Below, piece by piece: positions 1 through 11,590 of a stretch of DNA of 54,152 nt. Both the position numbers and the translations under genes were made by a program. The DNA comes from Octopus bimaculoides (Eukaryota). How positions within the stretch are numbered: position 1 is the first letter of the stretch; every line of letters begins with the position of its first letter. The notes below the pieces were generated by a model that had not been told where the DNA came from, did not search any database, and saw only the letters and a list, made by a program, of their open reading frames with translations. Location: positions 19,622,330 through 19,676,481 of the forward strand of contig NC_068992.1 of assembly GCF_001194135.2 (NCBI RefSeq). The letters are read 5' to 3'.

Positions 1-379
1 TATATATATATATATATATATATATTCATATAATGTGTGTATGTGTGTGTGGGTTTATACATGAAAGACGTGCTTGTTACATGGAGCTACATTCGATAAT
101 GGGTATGGATGATTACTGCTGACCTTGGCTAAGTAACTATATTAACAAAGCAAAAGCGCCCGACGTTTCTATCAAGAAATTATCGTGCACGTAAATCGCA
201 CACAGAATTATCAGGAATATGGCCTTTAACATAATGCAAATGTAATATATTTACTAGCTTATGCTGATATCAAGATGTTTGGTGCCAGCAAATCTGAAGA
301 CCAAATGCAGATGATGTCATCGATTACATCGATATTACCAAGTATGATAATTGTAATCGAGAAAAATTACCATAATATA

Positions 380-783
380 GGCAAAGACGTGGTTGTGTGT
401 TAAGAAACTTACTTTCCAATAACATGGTTCGGGTTTCAATCCCACAACATGTCACCTTGGGCCAGTGCCTTCTACTATAGCTTCGGGCCGACCAAAGCCT
501 TGTGAGTGCATTTGATAGACGGAAACTGAAAGAAGCCCATCGTATATATATGTATATATTTGTGGGTTCGCGTCTGTTTTTGTCCCGCCACCATCGCTTG
601 ACAACCGATGTCAGTATGTTTACGTCCCAGTAATTTAGCGGTTCGGAAAATGCAACCGATAGATTAAGTACCTGGCTTACAAAGAATAAGTTGAGGGGTC
701 GATTTCTTGGAATAAAAAACGGTAGTGCTCCAGCATGGCCACAGTCTTATTGACTGAAACAAGTAAAAGAATAAAAGAATAAT
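380..783 (+). mobile_element. tRNA-derived SINE, family B (head GTGGTTGTGTGGTAAGAA..., internal TA/TG tract, (AAAAGAAT)n-like tail), near full length
   Basis: The same head, body and tail recur at ~5624, 8672, 11010, 13170, 31100 (+) and ~5893, 13400, 15740, 34370, 34733, 46680, 49260, 49540 (-). This copy ends in AGTAAAAGAATAAAAGAAT. Confidence 0.85.
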
Positions 784-1106
784 ATCCACGATTTTTTTTC
801 CAGATGTTTGTAACGAATTTACCCGCAAAGTATTGTGTCGCAGTAAGTAAGGAATATATGAAGTTAGAAGCAGGAGAAATATACCAAAGGACACAGTGGC
901 CCCGAGAAATGAATGCCAATATATGAATTGGCATTTGCAAGGATGTGATCTAAACGCAGATGACGCAGAAAAGCCAACCAAAGTAGTCCCGGAATATTTT
1001 GCTGAATTTTGGATTGCACTTGTTTGAATAACTAACGTTGTGTAAAATTGGGAGTATTTGGTATATGAAGGGATGCTGGAGAGTTATAAATTTTCGGTAA
1101 AAGAAA

Positions 1107-1283
1107 ATACGGGTGGTTCAGTTAATTATAATTTTATTCAATATGTTCCCTTCTCAGATTCACACATTTAGTTCAGCGGTCCTACAGTTTTCCTAAGTTT
1201 TGTAAAAGAATTCAGAAGATGGGGCCGCTTAACAGGCCTTTCGCGATACCCTATAAGCCAGGGACTTTTCAGCACCCCCTCTA
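1107..1283. mobile_element. Mariner-derived MITE remnant
   Basis: Right end AGCCAGGGACTTTTCAGCACCCCCTC-TA resembles a mariner TIR plus TA, and is similar to the right end of the mariner at ~42740. The left TIR is degraded. Confidence 0.5.
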
Positions 1284-1299
1284 AAGCATGAAATATTTC

Positions 1300-1500
1300 T
1301 TACTACAACAAATGAAAGGGCTGAAATGTTGTGGGACAGAGGCCAATCGATTACATCGACTCCAGTGTTCAACTGGTACTAATTTTATCGACCTCAAAAT
1401 GATAAAAGATAATGAGGACCTCAGCGGCATTCAAACTCAGAGCGTAAAGCCGGGTAGACACGAAATAATAATTCGTTATATCACTATTCAACATTAAGTA
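1300..1500 (-). mobile_element. SINE family C (consensus head GGCGGCGAGCTGGCAGAATCGTTAGC...), reverse orientation
   Basis: Reverse complement of the unit seen at 28107-28930. Further minus copies at ~6085, 6285, 17620, 25500, 45385, 51790, 52000. Confidence 0.75.
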
Positions 1501-1569
1501 TAGACGCAGGAATTGTCCTCTGGCTAAAAACTTAATTTTGTCATTTCCCTCTTTCATATTCCAGGTTAT

Positions 1570-2700
1570 TTTACATCACTTTGACCAAATGTCTTTTAAT
1601 ATGATACATGTTACCAAATTCTTGTGGAAAACGGGGAAACATTTTATTCCTGTCATTAGTAGACTTAATCAATCGGTCGGTTGAATAATACGAACACATA
1701 TGAGCATCGGCTGCTGCAAGCACTCGAGACAAGTTTCTAGCCTGAAGCTGTATGCTTTCTTTCTTTTCATCAGACTCCGACCGTCAAAAGAGATCCAAGC
1801 GCTTTGACCTTCCTCCAATAACAAAACATTAAAAATAATTTTCAATAACTCACACAGTTTTGATCATTGTTGCCATTCATTCGTTTGTCATGATACATTC
1901 TGTATCAAAATTTTAAATGTCACGAAACTTATTAATTTCTAAATAAAAACACTCAGCGTGTTTGGCGGCTAAAGAAGTACTCTTTAACAGCTATTAACAA
2001 CATTCTCCAATATTCTAAATTTCTCTTCCTCCTCAGTAGCTACAAGTAGAGCTTGCCTGAAGCCAGCCCTACAAAAAAAGGGCCTTATTCTTCTGTATCA
2101 TTAACCCGTGTGTAATCTCTTTTGAGAAATTCTGTGAAACTAGTGTCGAGATGCATTCGTAACCGCCTTGTACATGGACATCTTAGCAAAACTGCATGTC
2201 TCTACTTTGCGTCCATATTTCATTTCTTGGATTGGAATTTTTGTTACAGATCCCACCACTTCGCTGATGCAACTTTCTGTGATGCACATAAAAGATTAGG
2301 TACCTCATGACAAACCCACGGTTACTCCATAAATAGAAAACTCGAAAGCATCGTCCAATAAACTCTCCCTAAAAGGCATAATGATGCAACTATGCATTCC
2401 AAGAAAGTAATTTCACATACAAATCCCGCGACTAAACTGCTCAAAAATAATAGAAATGCTCGGTAAAGCCATCACTGAGAAATCTGCCCATGGCACAGCT
2501 TTATCACAGAGCCCATAGTGCATTACAACGACCGACTTTCTTCAGGATCAAAACATCCTGAAGCCTTTTATAAAATCAACTCCTAACCCATAAGTTCAAG
2601 TAATACAAAAGAATACTCATCTTTCCACGTTGGGGTCAGTGCTAATATTACTAATTTGAAACATTCTAAACTAAATCGAATGCTGTGATGGTTGGTGTAC
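1570..2700 (-). pseudogene. Highly decayed L1/Tx1-like LINE ORF2 (endonuclease-to-RT linker region)
   Basis: Minus-strand translation across frameshifts gives, in order, SLLDDAF, KWWD, GE..K.YFF and NK..P.FPQEF. These resemble L1/Tx1 WKLNxSLLxD, WWD, GEKxTKYFF and KSPGPDGFPAEF, with plausible spacing. Confidence 0.35.
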
Positions 2701-3803
2701 TCTCGTAAACTTTTTCAGCACAATAGTCAAACCCATATTCTACTGCAACCCATCTTTATCTCTGCTTTGTCTATATTGGCACTTGCTACTCCTCACAGGC
2801 GAACCAGAATCAGTTGTCTCATATTACTTCCTCAATGATTATATACTCATTATTTTTACCCTACGTCCGGTACTTCTTTCCCTAAAATGGTGTTTGAAAG
2901 CATTCCCTTCCTGCAAGTGTTTTTCTTCGTCTTGTTTTCTGTTTCTTTTTTCACTTGTTTTTTTTTCATAAACCTCCAACGTACTGTACAACAGGAACGT
3001 TATGGAATAAATATATCCAACCACTCAGTGTACGCGAGGGTCACAGGAACAGTCTTCCACCATAATAAAGCATTAAAAGTAAAAGAAAAAATTAACGTAA
3101 TGTTTGTCATTTAGATATCATTCTTTTGTTTATGCTTTCAAGTTGAAACTTCCCACCTGGTTGCGATTGGAGGCAAGACATTCAATGCCAACACAATTAC
3201 ACGTACCATTCGCGTTCATAAAAACATACAGAAGATAAAGCACTATAACACACACACATACATACATACATACGTACAGACAGATATACATTCACACATG
3301 CGTATATATATCTGCGTTTATGAATGTAGATACAGATACATACGTGTGTGTGTGTGTGTGTGTGTCTGTATGTTGACATGTTGGATGTTTGTTATAAATT
3401 CATGAAGATACAATTCCATGGAATATTCTTCCTCATAATTGTTTTTTGTTTTCCTTGTTTTTGAAAAAGCGTTTTCAGTTTTCTTCTCTTCACGAGCGTT
3501 TTAACGAACACCTGCTAAAATAATACCATAACATTCTGAGCTCAATCCCTGGCGAAGTCAACATTTTTTCCTTTCTATTTTTTGTGNNNNNNNNNNNNNN
3601 NNNNGGGGGGGGGGGGTAGTATTAGCGGAATCATTAAGCCGTCAGACTAGATTCCTTAAAATATATTCTCTTTCTTTTTGTTCTTTGCGTTCTCAATCCA
3701 ACAGTGGCGATGCCATCAGGGCGGAACTTCATCGAATATTGGCTTTTACATCTACATCACATGCAACGTGGATATATTATACATGGATAGCTTATTACCG
3801 TAA

Positions 3804-4088
3804 TGAGAAGGCGCGTGGCTTAGTGGTTAGGGCATTCGGCTTACGATCATAAGGTCGTGAGTTCAATTCCCAGTGACACTTTATTTCACGTTGCTCCAGT
3901 CCACTCAGCTGGCAAAAATGAGTAGTACCTGTATTTCATAGGGCCAGCTGAATCTCGCCGCGAACTACGTTAAAGGTATACGTATCTGTGGAGTGCTCAG
4001 CCACTTGTACGTTAATTTCACGACCAAGCTGTTCCGTTGATCGCATCAGCTGGGACAGTCTTCGTCGTAACTGACGGAGTGCTCCTTG
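3804..4088 (+). mobile_element. tRNA-derived SINE (family A-type 3' end) with 9-bp TSD
   Basis: A-box TGGCTTAGTGG and B-box GTTCAATTCC. The 3' half matches the 13594 and 24548 copies. TTACCGTAA occurs at 3795-3803 and 4089-4097. Confidence 0.9.
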
Positions 4089-4659
4089 TTACCGTAACTG
4101 TTCTATGAATTATTTAACTTTATACATCATGTGTACCCTTTACTATGAAGTAAATATCTTCGAGTGACCCCAAATGCTTTGCTCCTTCGTCTTCTATTCT
4201 TGAGATATTTACATGGATATCTTATGAACTTCCATTAAAAAAAGGTGTTTCCAGACTTGAATCTTGGAGTGGAAATTTTCAGATCCTGTTCCATACTCAC
4301 ACCAGACATAAGGAGATACAAGTTCTATCTATTTTCATGCGTGTGTGTGTGTGTGTGCATGTACAGATATATGAACGAACACGACACAATGAAGTAGAGA
4401 AATTTGAAAAGACAACACGAAACCGGTTATTTCTCAAAATACAATGTTTATATACCAAAAAGATTTTCTAACATTTTTCTAACATTTTTCTAACATTTTT
4501 CTGACATAATTTAAATATATACTTTAACCATGTAACACAAGCCTTCTGTAGTTTTTTCACTCTTATTATCTTTTATACATCCAACCACGTGCTTTCACAT
4601 GCCAACTTTCTCACCTATATATATATATATATCGGTAGCATAAATATGGGAGACAGTAT

Positions 4660-5121
4660 CATACTAAGGTATGGGGGTATGGGTTGATTGTGCACTGACT
4701 CAAGGGTATCACGGGGCTAAGTATTCCATTTTCATCAATATATGTTGTGGCTTGCTGTCGATTAATAAATACTATAAGATCCCGTGCATTGAATTGTCCT
4801 ACTTCGTCACAGGTGTAGGAGACCCAGTTCTGATCTATCTATGCTGTGGTTTGCTGTCAATAAACAAATGAAACAGGATTTACCCAATGGCCTGAAAGGC
4901 CCAGAGGCCTATTTCTGACCTATTTATGTTGTGGCTTGCAGCCAAGAAATAAATGCTATGGAATCCAGTACAGTGATTTGTCCTCGGTCCACACTGGCCT
5001 TGGAAACCCCGACCAAACCTATGTCTGCTGTGGCTTCTTATTAATGAATAAAACTTATAGGTCACATTGCACTGATCTACCCAACTGGGGTGAGACTATA
5101 ATGGTGCTCAGATGTTACTGA
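4660..5121 (+). pseudogene. Decayed tandem array of a 99-bp unit encoding a 33-aa Cys-rich repeat of unknown family
   Basis: CCG codons start at 4743, 4842, 4927 and 5026 (spacing 99, 85, 99). Consensus is about TYLCCGLLxxNKxYxIxCxDLSxxxTGxGDP. Differences between units are enriched in synonymous changes. A stop and a net 14-bp shortening follow unit 2. Confidence 0.6.
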
Positions 5122-6977
5122 TTGAAATGAGAGTGAATGTCACTAATGCAAATCGTTCTACGATATTCCGACAAGCTACAAATATCCTGACATCATTTTC
5201 GAGTCAATTTCGGGAAATTCCTTCATTATATACACTTAAAGCTATCTGTTCTATGCGTCCGTCCGCTGCAGGCAACGGAATATTTAGATCTTCATATATA
5301 TTTGGATCGTCTTCCTTCAAACAACTTTCTCTTAGTAACTGTGATTATTACACCACTGACACTGTTAACTTGAGGGCAATTTGTCTACATTTAATTGCAT
5401 CTTACATTTGAGAGCATAAAAATAATTATTAAATTTCTTAGGGGTAATATAGTTTTAGTGAATATTTATTACTTGCAAACAAAAATTAGAGACGATTTTA
5501 ATATACGATATTAGCAGTTCACAAACTCACATGCATACAAATACATGCTAATATCTATGTACGAATTTATCCATGTAGTATGTATGTATGTATGGATAGA
5601 TGGATGGATGGATGGATGGATGGATGTGGCAGTGTGGTAAGAAGCCTGCTTCCCAATCACATGGTTTCGGTTTCAGTCCCACTGCGTGGCACCTTGGGCC
5701 AGTGTCTTCTACTATAGCCTCGGGCCTACCAAAGATTTATGAGTGGATGTATATATATATATATACATCCTCTCTTCTTTGTTAACACCTCCCTACCCCT
5801 CTCTCTCATTCTTATTCTATCTTTCACTCACTAAATGTCTAACTAACTGAAGTATAACGGACAGACGAGAAAGCCGATTATTATATAGATATATACGAGG
5901 GGCTTCTTTCAGTGTCCGTAAACTAAATTCACTCAAAATGTTTCGTCACCCCGAAACTATAGTACAAGACACTTGCCCTATGTGCCACGCAGTGGGACTG
6001 AACCCAAAAACATGTGAATGGGAAAAAATTCTCACTACACTTCTTACTACTCAGTCATGTGTGCACCTAATGCACTAAAATTAATCCTTTCTCTTCTAGG
6101 CACGAAGCTTGAGATCTGCGGAGAAACAGCTTAGTTAACACCATCGATACCAGTACGTAAGTAGTACTTTATTTTTTGACCTGAAAACGATGAAAATAGG
6201 AATCTACCTTAGTGACATTTGAACTCAGAACGTCTGGTGTGCTAACGTTTCTTGCAGCTCACCATCTTCAAATTCCTAAATTTATTACAAGGTGGCGAAC
6301 TTCCAGAATAGTTACAACGCCTGACAAATTGATTAGCGCGGTTTACTGCTCTGTCGTTCCAAGTTTAAATTCTCCTGAATTCGATTTGCTTTTCACCCTT
6401 TCATTGTCTATAAATTAAGAACTAGTTTAGTACTGGGATCGATGTAATCGAATTCCCATTCCTTCAAGGTAGCTGTCCTTGTACTAACATCTTAAACCAA
6501 GATTAACACAATCCTAAACCTGTTTAACTTTCACAACTCTCTGATCACCATGCATTTCAACTCCGTTTACTTAACTAAAACCAACCGCTCGAATTATTTA
6601 TTATATGGCTTAATCAAACACTTTTTGTAATCTACAGTATTAATTCTGAAATAAAATTTCATTGCAGCTAATCTATAATTATTTTCCAATTATCTCATAT
6701 GTATGATAGCATTGTATTTTTTGTAATTTCTCTAAAGTTACACTCCAAGCCGTAACGATACGCGGAAGCAAAACAAACTCGGTTATCTAACATCGTAATA
6801 TACATCCATTTCAATCATTTAATCTCTACAAATTAATTTACTAAAACTGTACTTCCTAATCTATTAATTTTGTAAAGCTTGTATATTATCCTTTCCGTTA
6901 CTTTCATCGCTCAAGTCTTAATTACTACTATACAATGATAGTTGCAATTATTAACAGATCTAAATATTAACCTAGTT

Positions 6978-6985
6978 CACACACG

Positions 6986-7059
<74 letters not shown>

Positions 7060-7070
7060 CACACACACAC
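6978..7070. repeat. (CA)n microsatellite abutting the mariner left end
   Basis: Read directly from the sequence. Confidence 0.97.
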
Positions 7071-7075
7071 ATATA

Positions 7076-8359
7076 CCAGGCTGAGTAAAATGTAAGCAAC
7101 GTTTTGAAACATGAAACTCATCAAAATATATTTCAACAATGCGGAAATTTTATTAATCAGAATCAGTAATACTACAATCAACACATTTTTTGCCAACGAG
7201 TTACAAGTTTGTTTATACGGGAAACATAAAATCATGAGTTCTGGATCTGATGAACTCTTTGAACGGACTTTCAGCATCGTTTGAGTTTTGAACTTTTTCC
7301 CTCGCAGGAAAACATCAAGGTGCTTGAAAAAGTGGTAGCCGGTAGGAGAAAAAGTCTGGGGAATACGCTGGGTGGGGGAGAACTTCGCAACCAAGTTCCT
7401 TCAACTTCAGGAGCGTCATTAGGGAAACGTGTGGTGGAGCATTGTCATGAAGAATGATTTGCCCTCTTCTGTTGACCAGTCTGGGACGGAGGAGTAGCAG
7501 TTTTTCTTTCATTTTGGCAAATTCATGGCAATATGTTTCTGTAGCAATGTTTTTTCCAGGTTTTAAGAAGTTATAGTGGATGAGTCCAGCAGTACACCAC
7601 CAATCAGTTACCATCACTTTCTTTTTGAACAGCTCGGGTTTAGGGAATGTTTCCGGTACTTCATTTCGATCCAAACACCGCGAACGTTTTTCATTAGTGT
7701 ACAGAATCCACTTTTCGTCGCAAGTCAATACGGTCGAGAAATTGATCGGTCTGGTTACGTAGAAGAAGCGAAGAGTATATTTCATATCTGCGCATTTTCT
7801 GATTTTCATTTAAATCGTGTGGAACCCATTTCTGGAGATTTTTTGAATTTCCGATCGCATGCAAATTGTCGCAGGCAGTTCTCTGACTAAAATGAAGTTC
7901 TTTTGCCAGCTCTCCAGTGGTTTTACGTGGATCTTTTTCAATGACGGTCTTTATATGACAGTCATCAATGAGAGGTGGGTGCCCACTTCACTCGCGATCT
8001 TCAAGTTTCAGGTCTCCACTGCCAAATCGTTTAAATCCTTTTCGAGTTGACCATTCACTAGTCATTTCTCCACCAAGCGTTTCGTTGATATTGCGAGCAG
8101 TTTCAACTGTTTTACGTCCTTTTTTTGAAGTTGAATAGCACAATTGCTCGATTACCGCCCTTTGACAGTTCCATTTCAGATGACTGTAACAACGGTGAAA
8201 AAATAATCACTGTTAATTTATTGATGCATTTGGACAAGTCCATGTGTTTATAATCAGACAATAGCAAATGAAATTGTTTTAAAAAAAGTTCAAAAATCTT
8301 CAAAAATCCGGTACGAATTCTTTATGGTTCAAACCTTGCTTACTTTTTACTCAATCTGA
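7076..8359 (-). mobile_element. Full-length decayed mariner DNA transposon (1284 bp)
   Basis: Left TIR CCAGGCTGAGTAAAATGTAAGCAACG (7076-7101) and right TIR CCTTGCTTACTTTTTACTCAATCTGA (8334-8359) match at 21/26 as inverted repeats. TA lies on both sides (7074-75 and 8360-61). Confidence 0.93.
7150..8174 (-). pseudogene. Mariner transposase, frameshifted
   Basis: Starts MELSKGGNRAIVLFNFKK and contains KWVPHDL, TCDEKW, LHDNAPPH and HPAYSPD (ORF 7315..7809). Several frameshifts are present, and the third catalytic Asp motif is disrupted. Confidence 0.93.
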
Positions 8360-8459
8360 TAGTCAATTCAAATTAAACGAATAATAAAATTAAGAGACAA
8401 GAAGGGGACATGTACGAGGAATCTATTAGCTTGATGTTTCATGAAATGAGAGGGTCTTT

Positions 8460-8486
8460 GATGTTTCGAGCATAGCTCTTCGTCGG
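8460..8486 (-). ncRNA. Degenerate Penelope-type hammerhead ribozyme motif
   Basis: Minus strand reads CCGACGA-A-GAGC-TAT-GCTC-GAAAC-ATC. Stem II is intact. The core has U4>C, and the ACGT palindrome has become ACAT. Confidence 0.5.
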
Positions 8487-8575
8487 AAATAAGAAACAGA
8501 ATGTCCAAAGAAGTGAAAGAAATCACGATCAACATTTGTATATAATTACACACGCATATACATACACGCACCCAC

Positions 8576-8576
<1 letters not shown>

Positions 8577-8630
<54 letters not shown>
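8577..8630. repeat. (GATA)n microsatellite
   Basis: Read directly from the sequence. Confidence 0.97.
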
Positions 8631-8631
<1 letters not shown>

Positions 8632-9150
8632 CATTGTATTTTTTTAAATAGATAGACATGCACACGCACATGCAGACGTGGCTGCGTGGTAAGAAGATTG
8701 CTTCCTAACCACATCGTTCCAGATTCAGTAGATGGAAACTGAAAGAAACCCGTCTACGCACGCACACACACACATACGTACATACACCTACATATATATA
8801 TATATANNNNNNNNNNNNNNNNNNNNNNNNNNNNNNNNNNNNNNNNNNNNNNNNNNNNNNNNNNNNNNNNNNNNNNNNNNNNNNNNNNNNNNNNNNNNNN
8901 NNNNNNNNNNNNNNNNNNNNNNNNNNNNNNNNNNNNNNNNNNNNNNNNNNNNNNNNNNNNNNNNNNNNNNNNNNNNNNNNNNNNNNNNNNNNNNNNNNNN
9001 NNNNNNNNNNNNNNNNNNNNNNNNNNNNNNNNNNNNNNNNNNNNNNNNNNNNNNNNNNNNNNNNNNNNNNNNNNNNNNNNNNNNNNNNNNNNNNNNNNNN
9101 NNNNNNNNNNNNNNNNNNNNNNNNNNNNNNNNNNNNNNNNNNNNNNNNNN

Positions 9151-9192
<42 letters not shown>

Positions 9193-9607
9193 CAAATAAT
9201 CTTGGTGCAGATGTCATTTGGAGTGTCGGATGATTCGATTGGGTGTACCATTGTTTTAGATCCTCATGAGATAATAAGCAAACGTATACGTACTCTCAAG
9301 TCTACAATACTACTACCTACCATAAATCAAGGATGTGACAACAGGAAGAAGTGCAGAACTGTACCAATGTCAATGATATACAAAATACGTTTAGCAGAAT
9401 TTATATCGTGAAGGGTTCTTATTTATTTATTCCTTTTAGTAGTAGAAGTATTTTCACACGGAAATGCTCGGTAATATTTCCTGGTTATGCAGAGTGAGGA
9501 AATCGGAATTAGAATTTTTTTGAATGCGTAAAAGTACACACAGACAGACATGCATAACTTTACATACATGCATGCATAGATACATACATACATACATACA
9601 TAAACAG

Positions 9608-9609
<2 letters not shown>

Positions 9610-9706
<97 letters not shown>

Positions 9707-9780
9707 CAGACAGATTAATAGATAAATAGACCGATAGATAAACAGATAGATAGATAGATAGATAGATAAAGAGATAGATA
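9610..9780. repeat. Compound (CT)n(CA)n(GATA)n microsatellite
   Basis: Read directly from the sequence. It explains ORFs 9423..9788 and 9524..9718. Confidence 0.95.
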
Positions 9781-10074
9781 TGAAACAAGCTACCAGAACA
9801 AATCCTAAGCCATTTATTACTTCCTAACTACAGTATTGTTGCAAAGTCCTCAGCAGGAAGTCGGAAATTAGGATGAGAAGTAAATCAGACATTTGTAGTA
9901 AAGGTCAAAAGATTTGACTAATAAAGGGGCGATTTCTTTACAAAATCATAACATTTATCTTTACCATTTAAACTTTATTCTACACTATATTGTTATTTGT
10001 TAGATATGCTGAAAATAGATTGAGAGGGAATTAATTTTATTTTATTATTATTTTTTTTTGTTCGTTGTATAATT

Positions 10075-10590
10075 ATCTAACCTCCATCTCTGTCCTCTGT
10101 CCGTTATATCTAGGAATGTCTCTGGGATAGATCGCTCAGGCACCTCCTCCATTGGGTTCCATTAGAAGCAACCCTCATTATACTTTCTGGTTGAATTCCC
10201 AAATCATGACCAACTGGAGACTATGGATATTGTCCAACCGTCTGGTACTCCATCTAACATTCCATCTTATACCGATTGGCTCGGTTTTAAAAATCTTTCC
10301 TGCGATTATTTCCTACGACATTATAATCGAATGTCCATACTACCATATTTGTGATCTCTTGACGCGGAGAAGTAACGGTTCGACCTGATTAGATTCACTG
10401 ATCTCCGAGTTACGCACCCCGTCGAATAATGTTACTCCAACAATCTTTTGTAAGAACTCCATTTCGACCGCTTGCATTCGCTATCGTACTCTTACAGTCA
10501 TTACCCAACACTCGTGACCATAGATGAAGACAGAGACGGAAACGGCATTGAAGATATCAATTTTGACCGTTTTTGCCAACGGTTCCTCTT
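10075..10590 (-). pseudogene. RTE-clade LINE, C-terminal ORF fragment
   Basis: Translates IFNAVSVSVFIYGHECWVMTVRVR*RMQAVEMEFLQKIVGVTLFDGVRNSEI...SQIW*YGH, which is typical of the RTE post-RT region (LYGxExW, AxEMxFLR, VRNxEI, LxWYGH). Confidence 0.8.
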
Positions 10591-11009
10591 CTGAGGCTCA
10601 AATACCATAGCTGGCATGTGACCAAGTCAGTACCTGCATTTCCAGAATCCGTTATCGAATAGCAGACAAATTTTAATGACAGCACATTTTTTACTAAGAA
10701 ATGTATTTTACACGATATTTATGACCGCTCATATAATTTTTGTATTTTATTTCCATATCTGATATACATAGAGATTATATAATGAAGACAACATCTGTTC
10801 AAAATAAAACTTAATAACGTTGAACATACTGACAAATATTATTTAGTCATAAACCAGACCAGAACATTTTTCACATTTATTGAGATATTTAATTCCAGAC
10901 GTAAGTGAAATTCAAAATAGGTAGATATGTTCGGTGCATGTGTCCGTCACTAAACGAAAATTCTAAATACATGGAACCTGTATAGACATTTTAAACAGAT
11001 TTTACTATA

Positions 11010-11590
11010 GACGCGGCGATTCTGTCTGTATGGTAAGATGTTTGGATTACAACCAGATGGTTTCGCGTTCAATATTCTTGATGGCACCTTAGGTAAGTGT
11101 CTTCTAATATAAATCCAGGCTATAGCATGGATTTGGTAGACGGAATCTGAAAGAAGCCCTTCGTGTATACACATACATATATGTATGTACATGTGTGTGT
11201 GTATGTGTGGTATGTTTATATGTACGTGTGTATGCATGCATGTATTTATATGTGTGTATGTCTGTGTGTGTGCGTGCGCGTGGTGTGTGCGCTCGTGGTG
11301 TGTGCGCGCGTGGTGTGCGCGCGTGGTGTGCGCGCGCGTGTATATGTATTTCTGTATTTACATGTGTGTGTATTTATATGTGCGTGCGGTGATTGTATCT
11401 ATTACCCCCCCACACTGCTTGACAACAGATGTTGGTTTGTTAATGTGTGTGTAACTAAGCGGTTCGGCAAAATAAACGGTTATAATAAGTACCAGACTTT
11501 AAAAATTAGCTGTAGAGTCTACTTGTTCAACTAAAACCCTTCAGAGCGGTACCACAGCATGACCACACTCCAGTGCTTGAAACTAGTAAA
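11010..11590 (+). mobile_element. SINE family B with expanded internal TG/CG tract
   Basis: The head and 3' half align with the 380-783 copy. Confidence 0.8.

Noticed and set aside
240-345. RT-like LLAYADIKMF segment
   Set aside because: It is a single weak motif with no second catalytic Asp and no neighbouring motifs.
4462-4506. (TTTTTCTAACA)n 11-bp tandem, about 4 copies
   Set aside because: It is real but looks like an ordinary slippage product with no further structure.
8705-9251. Long ORFs spanning N-gaps (also at 18101, 31065, 38615, 41749, 45713, 48929)
   Set aside because: They are open only because N codons and TA/TG repeats contain no stops.
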